A DNA stretch of 64,000 bases from contig NC_042999.1 of assembly GCF_006345805.1 (NCBI RefSeq), positions 65,968,001 to 66,032,000 on the forward strand. Direction: 5' to 3'. A program made the position numbers and the translations under genes. The notes beneath the pieces are model-generated. The model was given only the letters and a program-made list of their open reading frames with translations, made no database searches and had not been told where the DNA came from. This DNA is from Octopus sinensis (Eukaryota). Position 1 is the stretch's first letter. Every line of letters starts with the position of its first letter. Shown here piece by piece: positions 28,785 to 40,528 of the stretch.

Positions 28785-29122
28785 AGCGCATGGCTCAGTG
28801 GTTAGAGCGTCGAGCTTACGATCGTGAGGTTGTGAGCTCGAATCCCGGACCGGGCTGCGTGTTGTGTTCTTGAGCAAGACACTTTATTTCACGTTGCTCC
28901 AGTTCACTCAGCTGTAGTAATGAGTTACGACGTCACAGGTGCCAGGCTGTATCGACCTTTGTCTTTCCCTTGGATAACACTGGTGGCGTGGAGAGGGGAG
29001 GCCGGTATGCATGGGCGACTACTGGTCTTCCATAAAACAACCTTGCCCAGACTTGTGCCTCAGAGGGTAACTCTCTAGGTGCAAACCCACGGTCACTCAT
29101 GACCGAAGGGGGTCTTTACCCT
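28784..29122 (+). mobile_element. tRNA-derived SINE, family B, full length
   Basis: A box TGGCTCAGTGGTTAGAG, B box GAGCTCGAATCCC, CORE-like GTTCTTGAGCAAGACACTTTATTTC, tail ...GGTCACTCATGACCGAAGGGGGTC; inside a (TA)n array. Confidence 0.88.
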
Positions 29123-29208
29123 TTATATATACATACATACACACACATATATATATATATATATAAATAATTATATGTATATATACATACATATATATAT
29201 ATATATGC

Positions 29209-29240
<32 letters not shown>

Positions 29241-30041
29241 ATAATGTATATATATGTATGTATGTATATATACATACATACATGTATTGCACACACGTGT
29301 GCAAGCATTCACACAGTGCTACATGTTTCTCTTAGTGAATATATGGCTTTGGATGAATAACTGAGTAATGCAGATCAGAAATGAGACTGAACGACTTATT
29401 AAGTAGTTTCAACACCCACCAGGATTATATCTCTACGTGCCGTCGATGTCATATCGTCCCCACAATTTCTAGCGCTTTTATCAGAATATTGTTATAAGCA
29501 AGTATTATTAAGTTACAGAACTACAGATTACTTTCGCAATCGTTAGCATCAGCATTGATAAAGTCTTATAGGAGTACGTAGTAGAGTAAGATCATTTCAC
29601 AGACATCGGCCAATAGAAAATCATTTGACTCAACAATTCCGATTCGTGAATTCTTGCCTTTTATCGTTTATTTCAGTAATACGAATGCCGTCAAGAATGT
29701 TAGTCGAATGAATCGTCTGTAGTACTTAATTCTTATTAAACCCGATACTTATTCTATCTGTCTCTGTTACTGACCTTCATGTTACGGTGACATAGACACA
29801 GGAACATAGCTTTTCAGGCTGTGGTGGGAGAAAAATACAGAAAATCTCTCTATCTATCTATCCATCCATCCATCTATCTATGTGTCTATATGTCTATCTG
29901 TCTATCTATCTATCTATCTATCTATCTACCTACCTACCTACCAATCTATCCATTTATCTATATATCTACTACCTACCTATCTATTTGTCTGTCTGTCAGA
30001 CTGACTATCAGTCAGTCTATATGTCTGTTTATCTATTTGTC

Positions 30042-30088
<47 letters not shown>

Positions 30089-30116
30089 GTATGTATGTAT
30101 GTATATATATATATTA

Positions 30117-30150
<34 letters not shown>

Positions 30151-30866
30151 GCAGAGAGAGGCAAAGAGAGTGAGATTGGATTTTCTATCTATAACACTTA
30201 TTTAATCTACATTTTGTTTTTGTCAGCCCAGTGGCTTACAACATATCGATCAGACTGGAGTTCAGTTCGGTCTTCTTATGCGATAAGAACAGTCTCTTAG
30301 AAGTCTAGTTTTGAAATCTAGACACACAACATCTTCAGACATGTGATGTATTCATAACTTACCTGAAGATTGTTCGCATTTGCAAGTAAAACTCATAGTA
30401 TCAAGAGACTGAAGCCACCGAAATTATACTATTAAGGACTATTATGGAAGAAGGAAATGGAATGAATGCAACTCTAAAAACAGAAAGACGTGGGGCATTG
30501 TATTCGGGGCGACATGGTAACAATATGAGTCGGCCCGACTAGAGGTAACAGGAAATGGAAAAATTAGGATGTTTGGACAAATCTCGTAAATAAGTGTTCT
30601 AAATGCATTGGGGGGATTTAAGGGCTCTGATCTAAGACCATGAAAGAGAGTACTCTCTATTCAACAGTCGGAACAAACCATATGTATATGTGTGTATGCG
30701 TGTGTTGGGTTTTGTGGGTATGAAAGAAAGCATGCTTCTATGAGTTTAATGTATGTGTGAGCGTATCTAGGTGTATTTGCGTTTGCTCATATCCGCATAG
30801 ATGTACATCACAGAATGACATGCGAATATCGAACCAGTATCTCTCTACACACACACATATAGCTAA

Positions 30867-31096
30867 TTCTTTACTACCCACAAGGGGCTAAACACAGAGA
30901 GGACAAACAAGGACAGACAAATGGATTAAGTCGAATTTATCGACCCCAGTGCATAACTGATACTTAATTTATCGACCCCGAAAGGATGAAAGGCGAAGTC
31001 GACCTCGGCGGAATTTGAACTCAGAACTTAGCGGCAGACGAAATACCGCTAAACATTTCGCCCGGTGTACTAACGTTTCTGCCAGCTCGCCGCCTT
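30867..31096 (-). mobile_element. SINE family A
   Basis: Near-identical to the other family A copies. Confidence 0.88.
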
Positions 31097-32114
31097 CAAA
31101 CACACACACTTACATACCACACACAGGCACATACCACACACAGGCACATACCACACACACACACACGCACGCACACATAAATATTATATAGTTGTATTTG
31201 TCCCAAATGCGTTACACGTGTTGTATCGTCACTTTCACCAGCGAGAATTCATTCAGTGATTGATAGACGCTGTGAAAACCTGCATAATCGAAAACCAGCA
31301 TAGTTGTGATTATGCTAAGATATAAACAGATTTCTCCATGTGTCCCACAGATTCGTTAAAATTCTTTATGATGTTTCCTGCAAGCATAGTTGTCAGTTAA
31401 TTGTGTCTCTCTAAAAATGTTGAGGTATGTTGGTGAATACTTAAGATGCAAGCTTCTAGGAATTCTAAGTAAAAGTATAAATATTCAGAATATAATATTG
31501 ATCTTGACATTAGGCCATGTTTCTGGATATATTGTCTGATTATTAAATTCGGAATCAATTCGATACGCAGTTATTGTAAAGTAGGTATAAACGCCCTTCA
31601 ATAATTGTCGTTCAAGAGGAATATGTCTCTTATGCTGACTCTCGGTCTCTCTCTCTACTAATATAGTTTTATCTTCCTCTCACTCACTTCGTGTTTCTGC
31701 TATTATGTTATATATAAAAGTATATGTAAGAAATCCGACGCATGTACACCTACATAAACGCAGAATGACACACATATACCAACACAACTACAGAGACACA
31801 CATGCACACCCACAATTATATAATGCAGTAATGCAATTCAATCTTACAATACATAGAATGCTATATTTTACTGATATGCTAGAACGCCCAAATTGAACAT
31901 GCTATATTTAAGTGCAGAATAAATTATGCAGGCATGATACCTATAAAAGCGTAATATACATTTTAAAACGTTGGCTTACATATATAGATGGTAGTTTACG
32001 GTAGAAGTAATTGTAAATATGCAATAGAACGGGGAAACCTAGTTAGCGAATACGTGAGTGTGTGGGAGATCAGAGAGTAAACCTATTTTTTCTCGTAAAC
32101 ATATTTTGTGAACA

Positions 32115-32330
32115 TAACATGGCAGTCCTGGTTTAGGGCTAATGTCGCTGTAATTTAGCACAAGGAGACATCGTTTCCAGCTGGCTATACGACACGATCT
32201 TTGTCCTTATCTTTTCGAACAAGGAAATCTCGCATCCCCACTAGCTCAAAACAATATCCGTGTTTCGCGATTTCTGGGGTTTTTTTCTCTTCATCAGAAT
32301 AATTGCTCGGCTAGAGGTGGCGCTGCCAAA
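32115..32330 (-). repeat. Unclassified interspersed repeat with a degenerate hammerhead-like motif
   Basis: GC-richer island; the minus strand has CTGATGA (32297-32291) and GAAAC (32266-32262) with partly complementary flanks. Confidence 0.3.
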
Positions 32331-32440
32331 TTTCTGTTCGAAATATATAGTTTTCAAAGTGATAACTAGTCACTGATTTATATATTAGAAATTTTCTATT
32401 TTTTCTCGTACCGAATTCCTGTTTCCTCTCTCTCTCTTTG

Positions 32441-32564
<124 letters not shown>

Positions 32565-32679
32565 CGGGGGTTGGATGGATAGATAGATAAATATATAGAT
32601 TGAATAACGCACGCACACTCTCACACACAAGCAAATACACAGATACACAAATACTCACACAATACACTCACATATACTT

Positions 32680-32903
32680 ATTTGCTTATTGCCCACAGGG
32701 GGCTAAACACAGAGGAGACAAACAAGGATAGACAAAGGGCTTAAGTCGGTTACATCGAGCCCAGTGAGTAACTGGTACTTAATTTATCGACCCCGCAAGG
32801 ATGAAAGGCAAAGTTGACCTCGGCGTAATTTGATCTCAGAACGTAATGGCAGCCGAAATACCGCTAAGCATTTCGCCCGACGTGCTAAGGATTCTGCCAG
32901 CTC
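32680..32903 (-). mobile_element. SINE family A
   Basis: Family A sequence. Confidence 0.85.
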
Positions 32904-33673
32904 ACATATATATTATATGCGGGTGCGACCTTCGTAGCATGAGAAAGAATCAGAAACAGAGAAGAGAATGCAACAGAGAGATTAATATTAGTCAACAAGT
33001 TGGTGCCATGAACATTTCACAGAATGAATGGTAAACTTACTGGGTTATTTCTGAAAACTTTATCCTAGAACCTGAAAGCGTGTCTTGTGTTATGTCTGCT
33101 TGGAAGGATAGCCGCTCGTCTGCAATTCATTGAAAAGTAGAAGAAATTGGATGACGATGATTACTTAATGTGCTTTATATATACAGTATATATGCTTTAT
33201 GACCAATTGTATTGACTTAATACACAGTACTCATAAAATAAATATTAACACTTACTTATCCATTTTCCCCATAAACAATACAAAAAAGTATCCCTTACAT
33301 ATGATACGACCTTTAGTTAATTGCATATATCTTCTACTTTTTCTCTCCATCTTCTCTCACCTTTCTTTAACCTCACCATCAGAACATCACCGATCTGCTG
33401 AAATTATTCTTTTAACTCTCCGGCTCTACATTCAATTAAGTTTTATACCCACAAAATAAATAAAACGTTGTTACGGACGCATCTGGCTCAATCTTTTACT
33501 TTCTCCCACTTTTTGTCTCACTCTTCGCCTTATCTTCTTCTTGTCTCCTTTTCTTTCTCCCTCTTTTTCTCAAACCTCGTGAATGCGCCAACGACTGGCT
33601 TCGCAACGTAATGAAGAGCAGAATTATTATACGCTACTTGTATTAAGATGCATACACACACTCCTATATATAC

Positions 33674-33741
<68 letters not shown>

Positions 33742-33847
33742 TATATACATACATACATACATATATGTATATATATACATACATATATATATACATATAT
33801 TATATATATATATATGTACATATATATATATATACATATATATATAT

Positions 33848-34037
33848 TAATATTAATTAGAGACAAAACCACTATTTTGCAAATCAAACAAGGAAAGAAT
33901 TAATCAATACATAAAAAAATTTAATATAAAGTAAATATTTATTTATTTATTTACTTTATATTAAAATTTTTTATGTATTGATTAAGTCTTTCCTTGTTTG
34001 ATTTGCAAAATAGTGGTTTTGTCTCTAATTAATATTA
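33848..34037. repeat. Near-perfect palindrome, ~90-bp arms, 10-nt loop (Penelope-like pLTR-derived)
   Basis: 33848-33937 is the reverse complement of 33948-34037 with about 2 mismatches. The arm sequence recurs at ~45715-45785. Confidence 0.9.
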
Positions 34038-34122
34038 TATAATATTTTACTATAAAATTGGATTCAATCCTCAATCTGATTTTTCCCGGTAAATTTGGAT
34101 TTATTCCCTAATATTTATTATT

Positions 34123-34142
34123 ATACATATATATATATATAC

Positions 34143-34173
<31 letters not shown>

Positions 34174-34380
34174 CATACATATATGTATATATATACATAC
34201 ATACATATATGTATATATAAATACATACATATATATATACATATATATACATATATATATATACATACATATATATATACATATATATACATATATATAC
34301 ATATACATACATATATATACATATATATATACATATATATATACATATATATACATATATATATATACATATATATATAC

Positions 34381-34413
<33 letters not shown>

Positions 34414-34533
34414 CACATATATATATACATATATATGCATATATATATATATACATATATATACATATATATATACACATATATATATACACACACATAT
34501 ATATATACATATATATAAATATATACATATATA
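34123..34533. repeat. (TA)n/(TATACA)n array, left flank of the LINE
   Basis: Seen directly. Confidence 0.95.
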
Positions 34534-34957
34534 GACGTGTTTTTACTCCTCTCTGCGCCGGTCAGCAGCAAGATTTACAGCTACATTCGTCGTAATTGAC
34601 CATCACATATATTCCTGTATATTTGAAACCACGCTTTTTCGCAACTCGTGAGTAGACTTTTCCTTAACCACAAACTATTTTCATAATTTTCAAACGACCA
34701 AATATTTTCAAACACCTTCTGATAACTAAAGGATCACCTACACATTAAAAAATTAGAAAAAGAGGGGAAAAAAGGAAAAGAAAAGAAAGATAAAATAACT
34801 ACAAGCTCATAATTCAAATATAAACTTCTCAGTAATACAGCAAACATTCTGTACAATCAATTCTACATACTTCTCCTTAAAAAAAAAAAAAAAATAACTA
34901 AAAGTAATCAACAAAACAAACGAACAAAATAAAATTTAATAAAACATATCAACCAGA

Positions 34958-36572
34958 ATGGCTAGCCACCAAAAATCCAACAAAAACTGGTCTGATAATG
35001 AAGTCGACGTTCTTATCAACACATGGCATGGCCTTACCGAAACAGAGAGTATAGGTGCTTCGTGTCTGAACGAAATTGCTAAACGAACAGTTCACCATTT
35101 GCAAACTCGATCTGAACAGCAGATACAAAATAAATTAAAACAAATCGAAGTTGCTTTTAAATTAATAAATAAACACTTCGATAAACTGAGATGTGTTTTC
35201 TCTTCGAACGCATCACCGGCGAAACAACAACAACAACAACCTCAACAACAACAAACTCAGCGGCAACAACAACAACAACAGCTACATCAACAACAACAAC
35301 TTCAGCAGCAACAACCTCAGCGACAACAACAACAACCTCAACAACAAACTCAGCGGCAACAACAACAACAGATACAGCAACAACAACAGGATGAACCACT
35401 CCTTGATTCATCTCTTTAAAAGACTCTCTTTAAAGACTCCGTCGGTTACGACGACGAGGGTCCCAGCTGATACGATCAACGGAACAGCTTGCTCGTGAAA
35501 TTAACGTGCAAATGGCTGAGCATTCCACAGACACGTGTGCCCTTAACGTAGTTCTCGGGGATAATCAGCGTGACACAGAGAGTGACAAGGCTGACCCTTT
35601 GAAATACAAGTACAACTCATTTTTGCCAGCTGAGTGGACTGGAGCAACGTGAAATAAAGTGTCTTGCTCAAGGACACAACGCGTCGCCGGGAATCGAACT
35701 CACAACCTTATGATCATGAGCCGAATGCCCTAACCACTAAGCCACGCGCCCTCACTTGATTCATCTACAATGGCCGATTTGCTAAACGAAACGATTGACC
35801 CCCCAGTCATCAGGGTCACACAGCAGGAAGCATCACCCCTTCCTTTCACTGCCCCAGCAGCTCAATCATCATCATTGTCAACGCCATCTCCTCTGCTTAC
35901 TACTACTAGTACTACTCCCACTATGTATCGACAAACATCTTTGTCTTGGAATCGACCTCCTCAATCATTACCACTGTCAACATCTCTTCTACCTACTACT
36001 ACTACTACAACTACTACTACTAATGCTATCTCAAGGAATTTACCTCCTACAGGTCACAAAGGTCGCCAAAACTTCAACAAACTATCATCTACACCTTTCA
36101 CAACTCACAAACACACACACGCACCTACACACCCACTCGTAACCCCATCATTTGCCGATATTCTCTTCGCCATAGACTGTGCACTGATAGAGACTGCAAA
36201 TTCACCCATTTACCTGGAACAAAACGCTCTATCCCCACAAACTACAACAGCAACCACCATAATACAACATCACCACAACCACCAATATCTCAAACAAGGA
36301 ATCCCCAAATCTGCCGCTATTCCCAGCGAGACAGATTGTGTTTGCACAGGGATTGCCACTTTACCCATCTCCCGGGGACTCGTCGGACATTTAAAGATAA
36401 CCATTCACATAAAGATAGCCGCGGCCACAGTCACCTGCGGTTCCCTAGACAGGAAACCACCTCTTCTTCCTCTTTTTTAGCTATAATGAATCTAGCAAAA
36501 GAACTGGAAAAAAGCATCCGAGCTATCACCCACCACCATCCACCACTATTACCCCACTGCACATACCATTAA
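34958..36572 (+). pseudogene. LINE ORF1 (~420 aa reconstructed): Myb/SANT-like + polyQ + S/T/P linker + 2x CCCH zinc finger
   Basis: ORFs 34958 and 35770 join in frame once the SINE and one TSD (35414-35766) are removed. One further frameshift between 36024 and 36150 leads into CRYSLRHRLCTDRDCKFTH (36153) and CRYSQRDRLCLHRDCHFTH (36312); stop at 36572. Confidence 0.8.
35414..35754 (-). mobile_element. SINE family C inserted in LINE ORF1, 12-bp TSD
   Basis: tRNA-like head GGGCGCGTGGCTTAGTGGTTAGG...GTTCGATTCCC on the minus strand. TSD CTTGATTCATCT at 35402-35413 and 35755-35766; short duplicated tail. Confidence 0.92.
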
Positions 36573-39500
36573 AAAGCAATCAAATAAACAAACCACCAAA
36601 ACAATTAAAACCATCCACTCTCGCCTCAACATTTCTGCTTAATGCCCAAGGCATCAGCCCTTCCACCAATACACAAAAATGGAAGATAAGATTCCTGGAG
36701 GACTGGGTCGAGGCCCATCCAAACCACATCCCTTTCTTCGTCCTCACTGAAACCCATCTTAGTGACCTCCACTTGGAAGCCGAGGTGAAAGTTAAAAATT
36801 TCAAAACCATTCGTGCTGATCGTGCTGGCAGAAGAAAGGGTGGGACTGCCATTTATGTCCATGATTCATTCTCAACAGAAGCCATGAACATACTTTCCAA
36901 TGGATACTGCGAAGCAGTCGCTGTATTCAGTCAAACCAACAACTTAACAGTAGTTGGGCTCTACAGACCACCCCAAACGCCCCTACCATGCTTCAAGGAA
37001 TGCCTCAACAGCATAAAGTGTTTCATTCAGCAGTGTCAACCTGACAACATTTTAATGATGGGAGACTTCAACCTTCCCGGGGTTAACTGGTCTACAAACA
37101 GTCTGCCGCCAGGTTCTTCTCTCTCAACCCCTGACAGGGAGGCAGTGGAATCGCTTCTTGACTTCATGGATGACTTCTTCTTGTCCCAACTGGTACTCGA
37201 ACCAACGAGATGTCACAAAAACGTCTTAGACTTAATTTTCAGCAATCACACTGATACTATCCACAATATTGCAGTGGAGAAAACTCTACTCTCCGACCAT
37301 GACATGGTTCTCTGTGATCTGAGATTTCACTGGCCAAAATGCAAAACAAATGTCATCCCTCCTGTTCATCCATTTGATACTATGGATTTCCACAATGCAA
37401 ACCGGGAAGCGATCAATAATGATCTTGCACATGTCGATTGGTCCTTCACGCACACATACACACCCACTAACATCAAAAGTCCTGGCAGTCACTTGTAGAC
37501 ACCATCACGAACATTGTGCAAGACACACCCCATTAAGATCTGCAAACAAATCTAAGTGTCGAATCCCTAGAAATAGAAAATCTCTCATAAGGAAAATTAA
37601 AAGAATCAACAAAAGGATCAACATGCTGAAATACTGTCAACAGCAACACACCAACCTGACTGCCATCTCGTCGCTAGAGATTAAAAAACATACACTCCAA
37701 AACAACATGATGTCTATCATCAATAGTCAGCGAAGAGCTGAAGAGGCCTGGGCCATTGAGAAGATCAAACTCAATCCGAAAGTGTTCTTTTCATTTGCAA
37801 AAAAACATAAAGTCACTGGTTCTACTGTTGGCCCTCTGATTGATGAAAATGGTACTCTTCAAGACAATGCCAAAACCATGGGAGAGATATTGCAGAAACA
37901 ATATTGCTCTGTTTTCAGCAATCCAGATATGACTGATCAGGGCTGTATCAGTGATGTTACTCCCCAATACACTTTATCGGACATAACATTTGGCGCTCCT
38001 GATGTCTTAGCAGCAATAAAGGAAATGAAGCATAATTCAGCAGTAGGTCCCGATAGGTTCCCTGCTTGTGTCTTGAAGATGTGCCAAAACCAACTTGCAC
38101 CCCCTCTAGCCAATCTGTGGCGGAACTCACTGGATGCTGGATATATACCAGAAGACCTTCTATCCCAGTCTGTTGTCCCAGTTTTCAAAAAAGGAAACAA
38201 ATCGCTTGCCGTGAATTACCGTCCAATCTCACTCACCTCTCATATCATCAAGGTATTTGAGAGGGTGCTAAGATCGCGTATGACTCACTTCCTTGAGAGT
38301 CATAATATGCTGAACCCCAACCAGCATGGATTCCGTAATGGGAGAGATTGCCTGACGCAGCTACTGCATCATTTTGATGACATTTTGAGAGCCTTGGGAG
38401 AAGGTTCCAACACTGATGTCATCTACCTTGATTTCAGCAAGGCCTTTGACAGGGTTGATCATAAGATCCTTCTGAGAAAGCTGTCCAATATTGGTGTCAC
38501 TGGAAAGCTGCTGCAATGGATCAAGTGCTTCCTGTCTAACAGAACCCAACATGTTGTAGTCGAAGGAGTCAAATCCAGCCCAGCCAAAGTCAGCAGTGGT
38601 GTCCCACAAGGCACTGTGTTGGGCCCACTTCTCTTCATCATCTACATAAATGATATTACTGACACCATCAAACACAGTAACATCAGAACCTTCGCTGATG
38701 ATTCCAAGCTCCAGAAGGTCATCAATGGCGTGGATGACCGAATAAACCTTCAGTCAGACCTACTGGATGTTGTCCAATGGGCGGAAAAGAATAACATGTT
38801 GCTAAATGAAGACAAATTCGAACTGATCCACTTTGGAAGGGAGGACGCTCTGAAACTCCCATACTCTCTTCCTTCTGGAGAAATTCTCATGGCATCCAAC
38901 AACATCAGAGACCTGGGAGTAACAGTGGACAACAACATAAGCTGGGCTACACATATAAGCAGCAAAGTTGACATGGCCCGCAGAATGTGTTCCTGGATTC
39001 TCAGAACCTTCCAGTCGAGAGATTCCCACGCTATTATCCTTCTCTTCTCCACTTTTGCCCGACCCCACCTTGAATACTGCTGTCCACTGTGGTCTCCCTA
39101 CACAAAACAAAATATTATGAGAATTGAAGCTGCCCAAAGGTCAATCACAAAAAAGATAGATGGCATGTCAGACCTTGACTACTGGGGTAGACAGAGAAGC
39201 TGAAATTGTATTCACTCCAACGACGCCGTGAACGCTACATTATCTGTATGATGTGGAAAATATTCCACCAGCACTGTCCGAATGATGTTGGCATCACCTT
39301 CAAAATGCATCCAAGGCTTGGACCAACGTGCCATCCGTCCACAACAAAAATCTAAATCGCATCACATAACGACAATACGGCACAACTATTTCACCTCAAT
39401 TGGACCTTTCTCTTCAACATTACACAAGGACACGTCAAAAAAGAACTGACCACACAAAATTCAAGAAGTCTTTGGACAAATTCCTTCAATCAGTACCGGA

Positions 39501-39606
39501 CAAACCACCCACACCCGGATATGTCTCCGCAAACAATAACTCTCGCTCGAATGGGCCTTGGTGCCCAAATCCTGAACTGAAAGACTTCGCCAGGTGGTGC
39601 TATTAA
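36449..39606 (+). pseudogene. LINE ORF2: APE endonuclease + reverse transcriptase (frameshifts near 37480-37520, 39190 and 39330-39450)
   Basis: APE motifs LLNAQGI, VLTETHL, GGTAIYV, YRPP, MGDFN, LDLIF, SDH. RT motifs YRPISLTS, QHGFR, DFSKAFDRV, SGVPQGTVLGPLLF, FADD, DLGV. The frame is open from 36449. Confidence 0.93.
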
Positions 39607-39663
39607 GTTAGACATGGCCTGGGTCAATACTGGCCAAAAACCTTTCTAAGTTATTCTAAGTTA

Positions 39664-40128
39664 TATATATATAATATATAATATACATATATATAAATTA
39701 TATATATATATCTATATAATACACACATATATATATATATATATATTATAATAAAATATATATATATATATATATATAGTATATATACACACATATATTA
39801 TATAAATATACATATATATAATATTATATACATATATATATACACCACATATATATATATACATACATATATATATATATATAATACATAATACATACGT
39901 ATATACATACATATATAATATATACAACCACATACATTATATATACATAAACACACATACATATATATATAATAAACACACATATATATATATATACATA
40001 TACACACATACATATATATATATATATAATACATATACACGCATACATATAATATATATATATATATTATATATATATATGTATATATACACACATATAT
40101 ATATATAATATACATACATACATACGTT

Positions 40129-40161
<33 letters not shown>

Positions 40162-40260
40162 CATATATATATACATAAACACACATACATATATATATAC
40201 TACAATACACACATACATATATATACATATACACACACATATATATATATATATATCTAT

Positions 40261-40294
<34 letters not shown>

Positions 40295-40296
40295 AT

Positions 40297-40349
<53 letters not shown>

Positions 40350-40358
40350 CACACATAC

Positions 40359-40391
<33 letters not shown>

Positions 40392-40402
40392 CATATATAT
40401 AT
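39664..40402. repeat. (TA)n/(CA)n/(TACA)n array, right flank of the LINE
   Basis: Seen directly. Confidence 0.95.
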
Positions 40403-40492
40403 AGGGAGAGTTTACGAAAAAACAAAAGACGAAGACAGGTGGGGTACCAAACAAACATATGTATTAGTATAACGCTCAGGAATAGAAAAAGT

Positions 40493-40528
40493 CTTTTACG
40501 TTTCGAGCCTACGCTCTTCTACAGAAAG
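40493..40528 (-). ncRNA. Minimal type I hammerhead-like motif (variant core) in a short Penelope-like repeat (40403-40592)
   Basis: Minus strand: CUUU-CUGUAGA-A-GAGC(GUAG)GCUC-GAAAC-GUA-AAAG. Stems I and II pair perfectly; A6 is replaced by U. Confidence 0.5.

Larger units (their letters stand above)
34534..39663 (+). mobile_element. Apparently full-length CR1-group LINE (5' UTR, ORF1, APE-RT ORF2, tandem-repeat tail)
   Basis: Unique sequence begins right after (TA)n at ~34534, contains ORF1 and ORF2, and ends in (TTCTAAGTTA)x2 at ~39644-39663 before (TA)n resumes. The C-terminal LYSLQRRRERY motif and short-repeat tail are typical of the CR1 group. Confidence 0.9.

Noticed and set aside
28784-28855. 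tRNA-like sequences (also at 45893, 35680-35754 and 4734)
   Set aside because: They are SINE heads continuing into repeat bodies, and lack a complete acceptor stem and terminator.
36150-36480. C-terminal part of ORF 35770-36480 as the true ORF1 end
   Set aside because: The alternative frame encodes two well-formed duplicated CCCH fingers, so the listed frame is probably off-frame after a frameshift.
37937-39137. Antisense and alternate-frame ORFs within the RT region
   Set aside because: Shadow ORFs of the LINE coding sequence with no independent motifs.
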